This document shows, one piece after another, positions 43,766-55,713 of a stretch of 64,000 nucleotides of DNA. Each line of letters begins with the position of its first letter. Position 1 is the stretch's first letter. This stretch comes from an uncultured bacterium (lineage in GTDB: Bacteria > Bacteroidota > Rhodothermia > Balneolales > DATFMH01): the NCBI GenBank assembly GCA_963783355.1, contig CAWANF010000015.1:86021-150020 (forward strand), written 5' to 3'. Position numbers and translations under genes: made by a program. The notes beneath the pieces were generated by a model. The model saw only the letters and a program-made list of their open reading frames with translations, had not been told where the DNA came from and did no database searches.

Positions 43766-44212
43766 TTATTTGATATCTATTTTTCTGCTCACTTCACTTT
43801 CTTTTTTAGTCAGAATCAGATTCAAAATGCCATTTTCGAATTTGGCATCAATGCTTTCTTTATCAATAGCTTCATCTAAAACAAATGAGCGGCTGAATGT
43901 TCCGTAACCACTTTCGAGCAAGTGATATCGTTTATTTTTTTCTTCTTTTTCAAACTTACGCTCACCGCTAATGGTTAATTTATTCTTATCGAGATTTACC
44001 GAGATATCCTCTCTCTTCATTCCCGGCAATTCAACTTTAATATAATATGACTTATCGTCTTCGCTGATATCAACATTAGGATGGAATGTATTGTTTTTGG
44101 ATGCTACGGCATCACTGAAAAATTCATCTAAAATATCGCTGAAGCGAACAGGCATTGAAGTGAAGTCCATCAAATCGGTTGGTGATATTGGTGAATATTT
44201 CGTGAGTTTCAT
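43766..44212 (-). CDS. Hsp20/alpha-crystallin small heat-shock protein
   Basis: PNVDISE, VELPG, LTISGERK, YGTFSRSF, AKFENGIL. Confidence 0.95.
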   Translation of the reverse strand: MKLTKYSPISPTDLMDFTSMPVRFSDILDEFFSDAVASKNNTFHPNVDISEDDKSYYIKVELPGMKREDISVNLDKNKLTISGERKFEKEEKNKRYHLLESGYGTFSRSFVLDEAIDKESIDAKFENGILNLILTKKESEVSRKIDIK

Positions 44213-44266
44213 AATTATGATCTCCGTTTGTTTGTTCTTGGTTTCTCAATTACATTTTACCATAAA

Positions 44267-44281
44267 ACAAAAGTCGTACCA
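44267..44281 (-). promoter_or_regulatory. sigma54-type promoter of hsp20
   Basis: Minus strand TGGTACGACTTTTGT (GG-N10-GT variant), 54 nt upstream of the ATG. Confidence 0.55.
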
Positions 44282-44419
44282 TTCCGCTTTTTCAAAGAAT
44301 TAATGAAATATTTTCATATAGCCTGTTGAATGGTCAGTATGAACCCTGCACGAATGACATTCACAGTTTAATTTCGTCAGGCTGTCCTGCACTTTTTGCA
44401 GATATTCTCAGTCTTAAAT

Positions 44420-44453
44420 AAAAAAAGCCCATACTTATTAAGGTATGAGCTTT
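44420..44453 (-). terminator. Terminator after DAHP synthase
   Basis: AAAAAAAGCCCATAC...GTATGAGCTTT. Confidence 0.65.
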
Positions 44454-44473
44454 ATAAAAGAGCATTATCCGAA

Positions 44474-45865
44474 TTAATGAGCCGCCTGAATATTTTCTTT
44501 GAGTTCTTTTGCAATTAAAAAAGCCATCTCCAGGCTCTGTTCATAGTTGAGACGAGGATCACAATAGGTCTGATAGTTCATTTTCAAACCATCTTCATTC
44601 AATCCTTTAGCCCCGCCAATACATTCTGTGACATTATCACCGGTCAATTCAAGATGCACTCCACCCAGATTTGTTCCTTCAGCACGATGTATGGCAAACG
44701 TCTGTTTAATCTCACTCAGAATATCTTCAAAACTTCTCGTTTTTATTTCCTGATCGGTTGCGAATGTATTTCCATGCATCGGATCGCAGCTCCATAGCAC
44801 ATTATAGCCCTCAGCTTTAACGGCCCGGATCAAACCCGGTAATCCATCTGCTACTTTATTCTTTCCGAAACGTGTAATAAGCGTAATCTTGCCTTCTTCC
44901 TGGTTTGGATTCAGGATATTGATAAGCTTTAAAATTTCATCTAAATCGTACGGGGGACCAACTTTAATTCCAACCGGATTTTGAATACCGCGAAAATATT
45001 CAACGTGACCTCCATCAAGATTACGCGTTCTGTTGCCGAGCCAAATCATATGTCCGCTTAGATTAAACCAGCCTTCTTTATGAGGTACTTTACGCGTTTG
45101 AGCAGAATCGTAATACAGGTTTAGTCCTTCGTGGGAGGTATAAATATGTACCTGTTGTAATGTCACCAGGCGATGTGGCGATATGGTTTCAACAAAATTG
45201 ATGGCATTATTGATAGAATTCACCATCGCTTTGTATTCATTGTAATACTTATTACGCCGCATGAAATCCAATTCCCAGTAACCGGGATTATGAAGATCCG
45301 CAAAACCTCCGCCTTCGGTAAGGGCACGTACAAAATTTAATGTCAACGCTGCTTTCTGGTAGCCATCAATCAATCGGCGGGGATCCGGCAGGCGGATATC
45401 TTCAAGAGCAGGAAAACCATTTACAAGATCACCTCTGTATATCGGTATTTCTTTTCCACCGACAATTTCAGTGTCATTAGATCTTGGTTTGGCGTATTGT
45501 CCGGCTAAACGTCCAACCCTGATAACCGGTATCTTAGTCTCATGAATAAGCACCAGGCTCATCTGAAGCAAGACTTTCAGCAAGTTTACAATCTGGGGAG
45601 AACTGACATTTTCGAATGTTTCGGCGCAATCGCCACCCTGAAGTAAAAAGGCATTTCCCCTGGCAGCTTCGGCAATCTGTTGTTTTAGTGCCTCCACTTC
45701 CCATGAAGTAACCAAAGGAGGATAATTTCGTAATTCCCTAAAGCTTCTTTTTAGTTCCTGTTCATCGGGATAATCAGGCATCTGCTTCGCCGGGAAATCT
45801 CTCCATGAATCGGGAGTCCATTTCCTTATTTTATTCTGAGACATGGGTAAAGCGTAATTGGTCAA
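44474..45865 (-). CDS. Class II DAHP synthase
   Basis: LLQGGDCAE, GRLAGQYAKPRS, TSHEGL, CDPMHGNT, CDPRLN. Start may be ATG 45844. Confidence 0.95.
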   Translation of the reverse strand: MTNYALPMSQNKIRKWTPDSWRDFPAKQMPDYPDEQELKRSFRELRNYPPLVTSWEVEALKQQIAEAARGNAFLLQGGDCAETFENVSSPQIVNLLKVLLQMSLVLIHETKIPVIRVGRLAGQYAKPRSNDTEIVGGKEIPIYRGDLVNGFPALEDIRLPDPRRLIDGYQKAALTLNFVRALTEGGGFADLHNPGYWELDFMRRNKYYNEYKAMVNSINNAINFVETISPHRLVTLQQVHIYTSHEGLNLYYDSAQTRKVPHKEGWFNLSGHMIWLGNRTRNLDGGHVEYFRGIQNPVGIKVGPPYDLDEILKLINILNPNQEEGKITLITRFGKNKVADGLPGLIRAVKAEGYNVLWSCDPMHGNTFATDQEIKTRSFEDILSEIKQTFAIHRAEGTNLGGVHLELTGDNVTECIGGAKGLNEDGLKMNYQTYCDPRLNYEQSLEMAFLIAKELKENIQAAH

Positions 45866-45952
45866 CGATTAAAAGTTTTCTGTACATGTTATCAGCAAAA
45901 TAGTATATCAATTTACTAAGGCAAATATCCACAAAAAATAATAAAATCAAAT

Positions 45953-46140
45953 AAAAAAAGCCGCCCAACAGATCATAAGATCGTGTATGAACGGCTTTTC
46001 CCTGTAATCCTACTCATAGGTAGGTAAAATCTTTGAAAATCTGCGTGGACAAAGTTCACAACACCGGCGAAATATTCGATTGTTTACATTGTCCCCTAAT
46101 GTTAAACCCAAACACCCGAAGAGATAAATCTTCAGATATA
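45953..46140 (-). ncRNA. Candidate structured leader RNA or sRNA ending in a terminator upstream of DAHP synthase
   Basis: Three hairpins plus a U-tailed terminator on the minus strand, downstream of a TATCTT -10-like box. Confidence 0.4.
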
Positions 46141-46340
46141 AACTTTTATAAGATACTAAATAAAATTTTCTAAAAAAAGAGAAACTAATCAAGCAACAAA
46201 ATTTGTTGACGAACATCAGGGATTGGATATTTCCATGATGTTCAAAGGATATAAAGAACTATGTTTTTTAAAAATACAATTCCGCAACAAACTGATTAAT
46301 TATGTATTTTATTCTTTTTGAATCTTAAACGGTCAGGCCC

Positions 46341-49196
46341 TTGCACGACTCTATTATTATCCGCGGAGCACGCGAGCATAACCTTAAAAATATAGATATT
46401 AATATTCCGCGCGACCGGTTTGTGGTGTTAACCGGTTTATCGGGTTCGGGTAAATCTTCCCTGGCTTTTGACACCATTTATGCCGAAGGCCAGCGACGTT
46501 TTATGGAATCGTTATCGGCCTATGCGCGACAGTTTCTGGGAATGATGGAACGTCCGGAAGTTGATTTTATAGACGGATTATCTCCTGTAATATCTATTGA
46601 TCAAAAAACCACAAGCCGTAATCCTCGTTCAACGGTTGGCACCGTAACCGAAATTTATGATTTTCTGCGCCTTTTGTATGCCCGGGTTGGTATTCCCTAT
46701 TCTTACTTGTCCGGCAACAAGATGGAAAAACAAACCACCGACCAGGTTGTGGATAATATTTTAAAAATGCCGGAAGGCACCAAAGCTTATTGCCTGGCAC
46801 CGGTTGTTCGTGGACGCAAAGGTCATTATCGTGAGCTGTTTGAACAAATTCAGAAACAGGGTTTCATCAGGGCAAGAATTGACGGCGAATTCGTTGAAAT
46901 TGAAAAAGGCATGCAGATCGACCGGTATAAAACACACAATATTGAAGTGGTTGTCGACCGGTTTGTAATCAGCCAAAAGAGCGACTCGCGCATTTCGCAA
47001 AGTGTACAAATGGCGCTTGAAATGGCCGACGGAACGGTAATTATTTGTGTTCAGCAAGGCGGAAACGATTACCACGATCACCTGTTTTCCCAAAAATTAT
47101 TCGATCCGGAAAGCGGCCTTGCTTATGAAGACCCTGCTCCCAACCTATTTTCTTTTAATTCCCCATTTGGAGCATGCCCTAAATGTGACGGGCTCGGATA
47201 TCGTTACGATGTCGATCCGGATCTAGTCATTCCGAATAAAAATTTATCTGTTCGTGAAGGTGCTATTCGATTTCTTGGTGTACCACGTGAAATTTTTGTA
47301 TTCAAGCAGATTCAGGCTGTACTTAAGACATTTGGGCTGGATTTTGATTCTCCTGTTAAGGAATATCCACAGGAAGCCATCGACACTCTTATATTTGGCG
47401 GAGGCGAGCAAAAATATGATGTGAGTTATGATTTCAATGACAACAGCGTGACTTACAAACATACCTATGACGGTCTGGCGCTCATGATACGCCAGCATTA
47501 CGAAGGTAAGGGCAAAGCAAAACAGCGCGAAAAAGCCAAAGCTTTCATGAATAAGGTATTATGTGATGAATGTCATGGCGGCCGGCTCAACAAGGAGGCT
47601 CTTTCTTATAAAATTGATCGGTTTTCCATCAACGAACTGGTCACGATGGATATCCGGGCTTTACGGGATACCGTCAATAAACTTGATCTGAATGAACGGC
47701 AAAGAATTATCGGTTCACAGGTCATTAAAGAAATAAGAGATCGCCTGGATTTCCTTATTAATGTCGGTTTGCATTATTTAAGCCTGGATCGGGAAGCACA
47801 AACCCTTTCGGGCGGAGAAGCACAACGTATTCGTCTTGCCACACAAATAGGTACGCAATTGGTTGGAGTGTTGTACATTCTTGATGAACCCAGTATCGGC
47901 CTGCATCAAAGAGATAATCTTAAACTCATCGACTCTCTTGAAACACTGCGGGATCTTGGAAACAGTGTTGTGGTTGTAGAACACGACCGGGAAACCATAG
48001 AACATGCCGATTATGTGATTGATATGGGTCCCGGTGCCGGCGATTATGGAGGCTATATTGTAACAAAGGGAAAACCCAATGAATTAGATTCCAAATCAAT
48101 GACTGCCAAATATCTGCGGGATGAAATGGTCATTAAAATCCCGGAGAACAGGCGGCCGGGAAACACAAAAAATATCCAATTACTGGGTGCCCGCGGACAT
48201 AACCTGAAGAATATCGATTTGGAAGTTCCGCTTGGCAAATTTATCAGTGTGACCGGTGTTAGTGGCAGTGGAAAGAGCTCATTAATCAACCAGACCCTCA
48301 TTCCAATACTCAGTAACTACTTTTATAATTCAAAAGCAGCGGCTTTGCCCTACGATGATATCAAAGGGATTGATAACATCAACAAGATAATTTCCATCGA
48401 TCAAAGTCCAATTGGCCGAACACCACGTTCAAATCCGGGAACATACACTAAAGTATTTGATTATATCCGCCAGCTTTTCGCCGAACTGCCGGAAGCTAAA
48501 ATCCGGGGCTATGGTCAGGGGCGTTTTTCCTTCAATGTTAAAGGCGGGCGTTGTGAGACGTGCCAGGGTGATGGGCTGAGAAAAATCGAAATGAATTTTC
48601 TGCCCGATGTTTACGTAACCTGCGAAACTTGCAATGGAAACCGGTACAACCGGGAAACGCTCGAAATTTTTTATAAGGGTAAAAATATCGCTGACGTACT
48701 GAATATGTCGGTTAGTGAAGCTTTAGAATTTTTCGATGCGGTCCCCCGAATAAAACGTGTTCTGAAAACACTCGATTCCGTAGGTTTGGGATATATCACA
48801 ATCGGACAAAGCAGCACGACTCTTTCAGGTGGGGAAGCCCAGCGAATCAAACTAGCCAGAGAGCTTTCAAAAATCGGCACCGGAGACACGTTATATGTTA
48901 TGGACGAACCTACGACGGGCTTGCATTTCCAGGACGTCAATATGCTGGTGAATGTGGTTCAGAAACTGGTTAACAAAGGAAACACCGTTATTGTTATTGA
49001 ACATAATATGGATTTGATAAAAGCTGCAGACTGGATCATCGATATTGGTTATGAAGGAGGCAACCAGGGTGGATATATCATAGCCACAGGAACACCCGAA
49101 GAAGTGGCTTCCGATTCAAAAAGTTATACCGGGCAATACCTGAAAAAAGAGTTTGAACGTATCAGCCATCCAATAAAAACCAGTTTGGCAGAATAA
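46341..49196 (+). CDS. uvrA: Excinuclease ABC subunit A
   Basis: [31 protein letters not shown], two ABC modules, Zn fingers. Confidence 0.98.
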   Translation: MHDSIIIRGAREHNLKNIDINIPRDRFVVLTGLSGSGKSSLAFDTIYAEGQRRFMESLSAYARQFLGMMERPEVDFIDGLSPVISIDQKTTSRNPRSTVGTVTEIYDFLRLLYARVGIPYSYLSGNKMEKQTTDQVVDNILKMPEGTKAYCLAPVVRGRKGHYRELFEQIQKQGFIRARIDGEFVEIEKGMQIDRYKTHNIEVVVDRFVISQKSDSRISQSVQMALEMADGTVIICVQQGGNDYHDHLFSQKLFDPESGLAYEDPAPNLFSFNSPFGACPKCDGLGYRYDVDPDLVIPNKNLSVREGAIRFLGVPREIFVFKQIQAVLKTFGLDFDSPVKEYPQEAIDTLIFGGGEQKYDVSYDFNDNSVTYKHTYDGLALMIRQHYEGKGKAKQREKAKAFMNKVLCDECHGGRLNKEALSYKIDRFSINELVTMDIRALRDTVNKLDLNERQRIIGSQVIKEIRDRLDFLINVGLHYLSLDREAQTLSGGEAQRIRLATQIGTQLVGVLYILDEPSIGLHQRDNLKLIDSLETLRDLGNSVVVVEHDRETIEHADYVIDMGPGAGDYGGYIVTKGKPNELDSKSMTAKYLRDEMVIKIPENRRPGNTKNIQLLGARGHNLKNIDLEVPLGKFISVTGVSGSGKSSLINQTLIPILSNYFYNSKAAALPYDDIKGIDNINKIISIDQSPIGRTPRSNPGTYTKVFDYIRQLFAELPEAKIRGYGQGRFSFNVKGGRCETCQGDGLRKIEMNFLPDVYVTCETCNGNRYNRETLEIFYKGKNIADVLNMSVSEALEFFDAVPRIKRVLKTLDSVGLGYITIGQSSTTLSGGEAQRIKLARELSKIGTGDTLYVMDEPTTGLHFQDVNMLVNVVQKLVNKGNTVIVIEHNMDLIKAADWIIDIGYEGGNQGGYIIATGTPEEVASDSKSYTGQYLKKEFERISHPIKTSLAE

Positions 49197-49376
49197 TTTT
49201 TTCATTCTTTTGGTAAAAGATAGAAAATAGAATTATTATACGCGTCTGTGTTGTGCCTGATCCATTTTCTAGAACAGGCTTTATACATAAAAAACTAACG
49301 ACAGATCCTTTAAATAAGCTTTTAATTAGATAAGAGTTACCTTGTCGATTGACAGCAAACTCCTTATTTTGACGCG

Positions 49377-49931
49377 GTGTCATTCTTTCGTAAACATATA
49401 ATCCGTCTTTTTACCATCCTGATTATTCAGGCTGGATTTTTGGTTTGCCTGTTGCCTTCGCAACAACAAAACCAGACAACGCGGCATTTTACGAACTGGC
49501 TGAGCAGCTTCATAACGGGTAAATCGAACGATCCTATCAAACAGCAGGTTCGGGAACTCGGGGTTTCCAACCATGCTATTTCCCAACTCATGGCCAGGGC
49601 ATCGGAACTCATCAGTAAGCATGCGGATCAATTCAAAATCCCCTTTAAAAAGCAAAATCCATCTGAAAAGGATGTCTATAAAGTGTTATTGGTTGAATGG
49701 AACCTGTATCATCAGTCCACAGCAACTAATAATATGGTACTTTTGGAGCAGACCAAAAGTCAGAATTTATTTAACCCCGACAAACATCCGACCGTACCGG
49801 TTCTTTCTTCTGTTCTGATTCAAAAACAACCAACGAATTTTACGGAACATTATTTAGAAACACGGGATGGCCGGTTCATCAATACTTCAGCCAAACCCCT
49901 TCGCAGCGGAATTGCTATTGGCGCACCCTAA
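49377..49931 (+). CDS. uORF of secDF with N-terminal signal/TM segment; candidate translation-arrest peptide
   Basis: GTG start, hydrophobic N-terminus, C-terminus KPLRSGIAIGAP-stop, co-oriented 121 nt before secD. Confidence 0.65.
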   Translation: MSFFRKHIIRLFTILIIQAGFLVCLLPSQQQNQTTRHFTNWLSSFITGKSNDPIKQQVRELGVSNHAISQLMARASELISKHADQFKIPFKKQNPSEKDVYKVLLVEWNLYHQSTATNNMVLLEQTKSQNLFNPDKHPTVPVLSSVLIQKQPTNFTEHYLETRDGRFINTSAKPLRSGIAIGAP

Positions 49932-50052
49932 GCGCTATGAAACAAATCAATCCATTTTTGATACTTCTGACGAAGTATCCGTAAACTGGCTGTGTCTGTC
50001 ATTTTCATAGCCGGTTCAACTCATTATTAATATTAAAAGTTAGTAGGATTCA

Positions 50053-51864
50053 ATGAAAGGTAACGGAACAAAAATAGCATTTATTCTGGCGTTTCTGATT
50101 ATATCAGTATACTATCTCCAGTTTTCTGTTCGCTATTGGCTGACCATGCGATACGCCAATAACTTACCTCAAACGCAGAAACAGGAATACCTGGAAAAGA
50201 ACCAGAAAAAAATTGATGGTTTACGTGATAATATCCTGAATCTCGGCCTCGACTTACAGGGCGGGATGCACGTAACATTACAACTGCAAACACCTCAACT
50301 GCTCCTCGATTTGGCACGCGAGCATGCCGATACGACTCTGAGAAATGATATGGGCTCAGCGGAAAAAATTGCAGATAAAAACAATACCGACCTTGTTGAC
50401 GAATTCGTAAAGATTTTCGAACAACGTCATCCGGATGGGAGACTTAGCCGCTATTATCGATCTGAATCAGATAATATTACCCGGAGATCATCCAATGCCG
50501 AAGTTGCTTCTTTCCTTAAAAAACAACGGAATGCGGCGGTCGGACGCGCTATCCAGATTATTCGTACCCGTATCGACCGTTTTGGTGTAAACGAACCCTC
50601 GATTGTAAAACAGGGGCAAAACAGGATCGCTGTTGAGCTTCCCGGTGTAGAAGATGAACAACGTGTACGCCGCCTCCTGAAAGGTACGGCGCGTTTGGAA
50701 TTTCACCTGGCGGCTGATCCTCAGGAACTGGCAAGTTCACTGAAACAGATTATCAGTTTTTATCAAACGGATACTACGGGTACAAAAAACGATACCTCTG
50801 CAACGCAGAACAATCCCCTTTTAAAAGTATTTGTTCCACAGGGACGAGGAATCATTTTTGGCTCTGCAACCGCACGTGATACGGCTGAGGTGAATAAACT
50901 GTTGCATAAAAGAGCGGTTCAGGATTTACTGCCACACGATACCGAACTGATGTGGACCGCGAAAAGTGAATTCTCCGACAAAAACGGGAATAAATATTTC
51001 AACCTTGTCGGTGTGAAAAAACAAGTTGAACTTTCCGGTGATGTAATTACCGAAGCTCGTCCGACATTCGACCGTTATACTAATGCTGCGGAAGTATCGA
51101 TGACCATGAACCGGGAAGGAGCACGCAAATGGGCGCGGATAACCGGTTCGAATATCGGAAAACCCATTGCCATTGTACTCGATGGTTATGTTTATACTTA
51201 CCCAAATGTTATTACTAAAATTAGTGACGGACGTTCTTCTATCACAGGTTTGAAGAATGTGCAAGAATCTGAAGACCTTGTGAATATTCTGCTTTCCGGT
51301 GCCCTTCCGGCTCCGCTGGATATCGTTGAAGAACGTACCGTAGGGCCAACACTCGGACAGGCTTCCATTCATTCCGGTTTCTATTCCACCCTGATTGGTT
51401 TATTCATTGTGACCATTTTTATGATCGTATATTATCACACCGGTGGAGGTATTGCCGACCTTGCCCTCATATTTAATATTCTATTTATACTCGGGATATT
51501 GGCGGCCTTCAAGGCCACACTCACCTTGCCGGGTATAGCGGGTATCGTGTTAACCATTGGTATGGCGGTCGATGCAAACGTGCTCATCTTTGAGCGGCTT
51601 CGAGAGGAAATAGGAGCTGGAAAAACCATTCGTGCTGCTGTGGACAGTGGATACTCAAACGCGATGAGCGCTATCCTAGACTCCAACATTACCACCTTCC
51701 TGACGGGAGTGATTCTTTACAGTTTCGGCGCCGGGCCTATCAAGGGTTTTGCCGTAACGTTAATGGCCGGTATTGTTTCATCACTCTTCACGGCTATCAT
51801 AATCTCCCGGGTTGTTATTGACTACCTGATTAGGGATAAAACAAAAACAGTCAATATTGGTTAA
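50053..51864 (+). CDS. secD: Protein translocase subunit SecD
   Basis: LGLDLQGG, RIDRFGVNEP, VGPTLG, LTLPGIAGIVLTIGMAVDANVLIFER. Confidence 0.97.
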   Translation: MKGNGTKIAFILAFLIISVYYLQFSVRYWLTMRYANNLPQTQKQEYLEKNQKKIDGLRDNILNLGLDLQGGMHVTLQLQTPQLLLDLAREHADTTLRNDMGSAEKIADKNNTDLVDEFVKIFEQRHPDGRLSRYYRSESDNITRRSSNAEVASFLKKQRNAAVGRAIQIIRTRIDRFGVNEPSIVKQGQNRIAVELPGVEDEQRVRRLLKGTARLEFHLAADPQELASSLKQIISFYQTDTTGTKNDTSATQNNPLLKVFVPQGRGIIFGSATARDTAEVNKLLHKRAVQDLLPHDTELMWTAKSEFSDKNGNKYFNLVGVKKQVELSGDVITEARPTFDRYTNAAEVSMTMNREGARKWARITGSNIGKPIAIVLDGYVYTYPNVITKISDGRSSITGLKNVQESEDLVNILLSGALPAPLDIVEERTVGPTLGQASIHSGFYSTLIGLFIVTIFMIVYYHTGGGIADLALIFNILFILGILAAFKATLTLPGIAGIVLTIGMAVDANVLIFERLREEIGAGKTIRAAVDSGYSNAMSAILDSNITTFLTGVILYSFGAGPIKGFAVTLMAGIVSSLFTAIIISRVVIDYLIRDKTKTVNIG

Positions 51865-51891
51865 TAAAGAATTTAAGGAATAGATAAGATT

Positions 51892-52821
51892 ATGAGAATT
51901 TTTGAAAACGCCAATTACCCAATGATAGATATCCGGAAGATAACTTATACCATCTCCGGAACCCTGTTTCTTATAGCTGTATTGGGTATACTTATCAGAG
52001 GTTTACAATACGGTATTGATTTTAAAGGCGGTAAGGAATTCGTTATTGAATTTCAACATGATATCACGGTAACAAAAACCCGTACAGCCTTAACCAAACC
52101 TCTTGGAAAAGAACCGGAAATCAAGCTATTTGGTGCGAAAAATGAAATTTTACTGCGCACCAGTGCTCCCGGAAATGAAACACAAATCCAGGATGTCATA
52201 CTTTCAACACTGAAAAAGGCATATCCCGATAATAAGGCACAAATATTGAAATCTGATATTGTCGGGCCGCGATTTGCTAAAAGTTTGAAACTTGGAGCGT
52301 TATATTCCGTTATCACATCTGTATTTGTGATTTTCATTTACGTTCTTATTCGATTTCGAAAGTGGACGTATTCGGCAGGAGCTATAGTTGCTCTTGTACA
52401 TGATGTAACAATTACGCTTGGGTTGTTCACCATTTTTGATAAAATATTACCATTCAATTTGGATTTAAATGAGTCGCTTATAGCGGCATTATTGACGATT
52501 TTTGGTTATTCTATTAACGATACGGTGGTGGTTTTTGACCGTATCCGTGAAAATCTGAATATCTTCAAGACCGATCCATTTCAGCAAACAGTCAATAAAA
52601 GTATCAATGATACCCTGAGCCGTACAATCATTACTTCAAGTACTACGATGTTTGTGGTTGTTGTACTGTTTCTTTTTGGCGGACAAGTACTGCAGGGATT
52701 TGCACTGGCATTAATTATTGGTATTTTTGTAGGTACCTATAGTTCTATTTTTATTGCTAGCGCATTAGTAGTAGATTTTGAAAGAATACTGGCCAAGCGT
52801 AAGAAAAAAGTTTTAAAATAA
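51892..52821 (+). CDS. secF: Protein translocase subunit SecF
   Basis: GIDFKGG, VGP, GYSINDTVVVFDRIRE, TLSRTIITS, GTYSSIFIA. Confidence 0.97.
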   Translation: MRIFENANYPMIDIRKITYTISGTLFLIAVLGILIRGLQYGIDFKGGKEFVIEFQHDITVTKTRTALTKPLGKEPEIKLFGAKNEILLRTSAPGNETQIQDVILSTLKKAYPDNKAQILKSDIVGPRFAKSLKLGALYSVITSVFVIFIYVLIRFRKWTYSAGAIVALVHDVTITLGLFTIFDKILPFNLDLNESLIAALLTIFGYSINDTVVVFDRIRENLNIFKTDPFQQTVNKSINDTLSRTIITSSTTMFVVVVLFLFGGQVLQGFALALIIGIFVGTYSSIFIASALVVDFERILAKRKKKVLK

Positions 52822-52846
52822 GATTGGTTCTAACATAACTTAGGAG

Positions 52847-53197
52847 TTGAGTTCTATGAATTTTAAAGTATTAGAGCGTTATAACTGTATAGTTCTCGAA
52901 TTTAAAGGGAATGTAATGGGTGGCCCTGATGCGGTTAGCCTGAATGAACAGCTTCACAAACTTATTGATGAAGGAAAGAAAAACGTTGTTGCTGATCTTG
53001 GAAAAGTTAAATTTATGAACTCTTCCGGTTTGGGAATGCTCATCGGCGCACTGACTACCATGAGAAATGCCGGCGGCGATTTGAGAATTGCTAACGCTTC
53101 CGACAAAATTGAAAGTCTTCTGATGATCACCAAGCTTATTACTGTTTTTCAAAATTTCAGATCTGTTGATGAAGCAGTTAATTCATTTGAATCATAA
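52847..53197 (+). CDS. STAS anti-sigma factor antagonist
   Basis: DLGKVKFMNSSGLGML; SD AGGAG suggests ATG 52856. Confidence 0.9.
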   Translation: MSSMNFKVLERYNCIVLEFKGNVMGGPDAVSLNEQLHKLIDEGKKNVVADLGKVKFMNSSGLGMLIGALTTMRNAGGDLRIANASDKIESLLMITKLITVFQNFRSVDEAVNSFES

Positions 53198-53233
53198 ATC
53201 TGAAAAAATAGTACAAAGTCATTTTACTGATAA

Positions 53234-54565
<1,332 letters not shown>

Positions 54566-54588
54566 CATCGTTATCACAGGTTTAAAAA

Positions 54589-55713
54589 ATGGAAGCAGCA
54601 TTTCAGGTAAGGTATCGGATCACCGTACTAAAAGGTGAAAATATCGACCAGAAAATTCAAGATATTTGCCTGGAACAAAGTGTGGAGATGCCGGCAGATG
54701 TATTGCCAGCCGACATTCGTAATCACATTGTTGGGAAACCGGTTGCTGTTGAGAAAATAAATCCAACTTTGTTTGAAGTTATCATTGAGTGGCCGGTTGC
54801 CAACATTGGTGACGAGATAACACAGTTCATTAACATCCTTTTTGGCAACATTTCCCTAAAGCCCGGTATTCTCATCATTGGGGTGGAATGGGAAAAGCTT
54901 GACCATCTCTTTTACGGGCCAAAATTTGGTATCCGTAAGATTAGGCAAATGTGGGATATTCAGGATCGTGCCCTTTCCAGTACCGCATTGAAGCCTATGG
55001 GATACACGGCGAAGCAAATCGGCGAATTATGTTATGAATTTGCATTGGGTGGCATCGACATCATCAAAGATGATCATGGGCTTGCCAATCAGACTTATGC
55101 CCCTTTTGCCGATCGGGTTGCATCCTGTGTTGAAGCCATCCAAACGGCTGCCCGGGAAACAGGCCGAAGATCCCGGTATTTTGCCAATATCACCTCTTCA
55201 CCATCCAAAACAATTGAGAATTATATTCTTGCAGCTGAATTAGGTGCGGATGGCGTCCTCTTTGCCCCACAATTAAGCGGATTCGATATTCTTCAGGAAT
55301 TAACAAATATGGAGATCGATTTGCCCATTATGGCTCATCCGAGTTTTTCAGGGAGTTACGTCATTCATAGGAATCACGGTTTCACTCCATCTTTTTATTA
55401 CGGGGAACTTTGGCGTGCTTTGGGTGCCGACTTCGTCATTTATCCCAATTCGGGCGGACGATTTTCATTTACTCCTGATGAGTGCCAGCATATCAATAAT
55501 GCAGCCAGGAATGCAATGGCATCTTTTAAACCAACGTTTCCCACACCTGGCGGCGGGATAGACCGAAACAAGATTCGAAAATGGATATCGTTATATGGAA
55601 ATGATACCGTCATGCTTATTGGAGGCAGTCTTTATCAACATCCGTTAGGTATCCGTAAGGCTGCTGAAGAAATACAGTTTGAGCTGGAAAAAAATGAATT
55701 CGATCATTCCTGA
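54589..55713 (+). CDS. RuBisCO-like protein (form IV, KDDH motif)
   Basis: ICLEQSVE, FGNISL, GPKFGI, ALKPMG, GGIDIIKDDHGL, AHPSFSG, PTPGGG, IGGSL. Confidence 0.88.
   Translation: MEAAFQVRYRITVLKGENIDQKIQDICLEQSVEMPADVLPADIRNHIVGKPVAVEKINPTLFEVIIEWPVANIGDEITQFINILFGNISLKPGILIIGVEWEKLDHLFYGPKFGIRKIRQMWDIQDRALSSTALKPMGYTAKQIGELCYEFALGGIDIIKDDHGLANQTYAPFADRVASCVEAIQTAARETGRRSRYFANITSSPSKTIENYILAAELGADGVLFAPQLSGFDILQELTNMEIDLPIMAHPSFSGSYVIHRNHGFTPSFYYGELWRALGADFVIYPNSGGRFSFTPDECQHINNAARNAMASFKPTFPTPGGGIDRNKIRKWISLYGNDTVMLIGGSLYQHPLGIRKAAEEIQFELEKNEFDHS

Noticed and set aside
46010-46216. Phe/Tyr-rich 68-aa ORF as an attenuator leader peptide for DAHP synthase
   Set aside because: F/Y richness follows from T-rich sequence, its start lies upstream of the likely promoter, and it is too long for a typical leader
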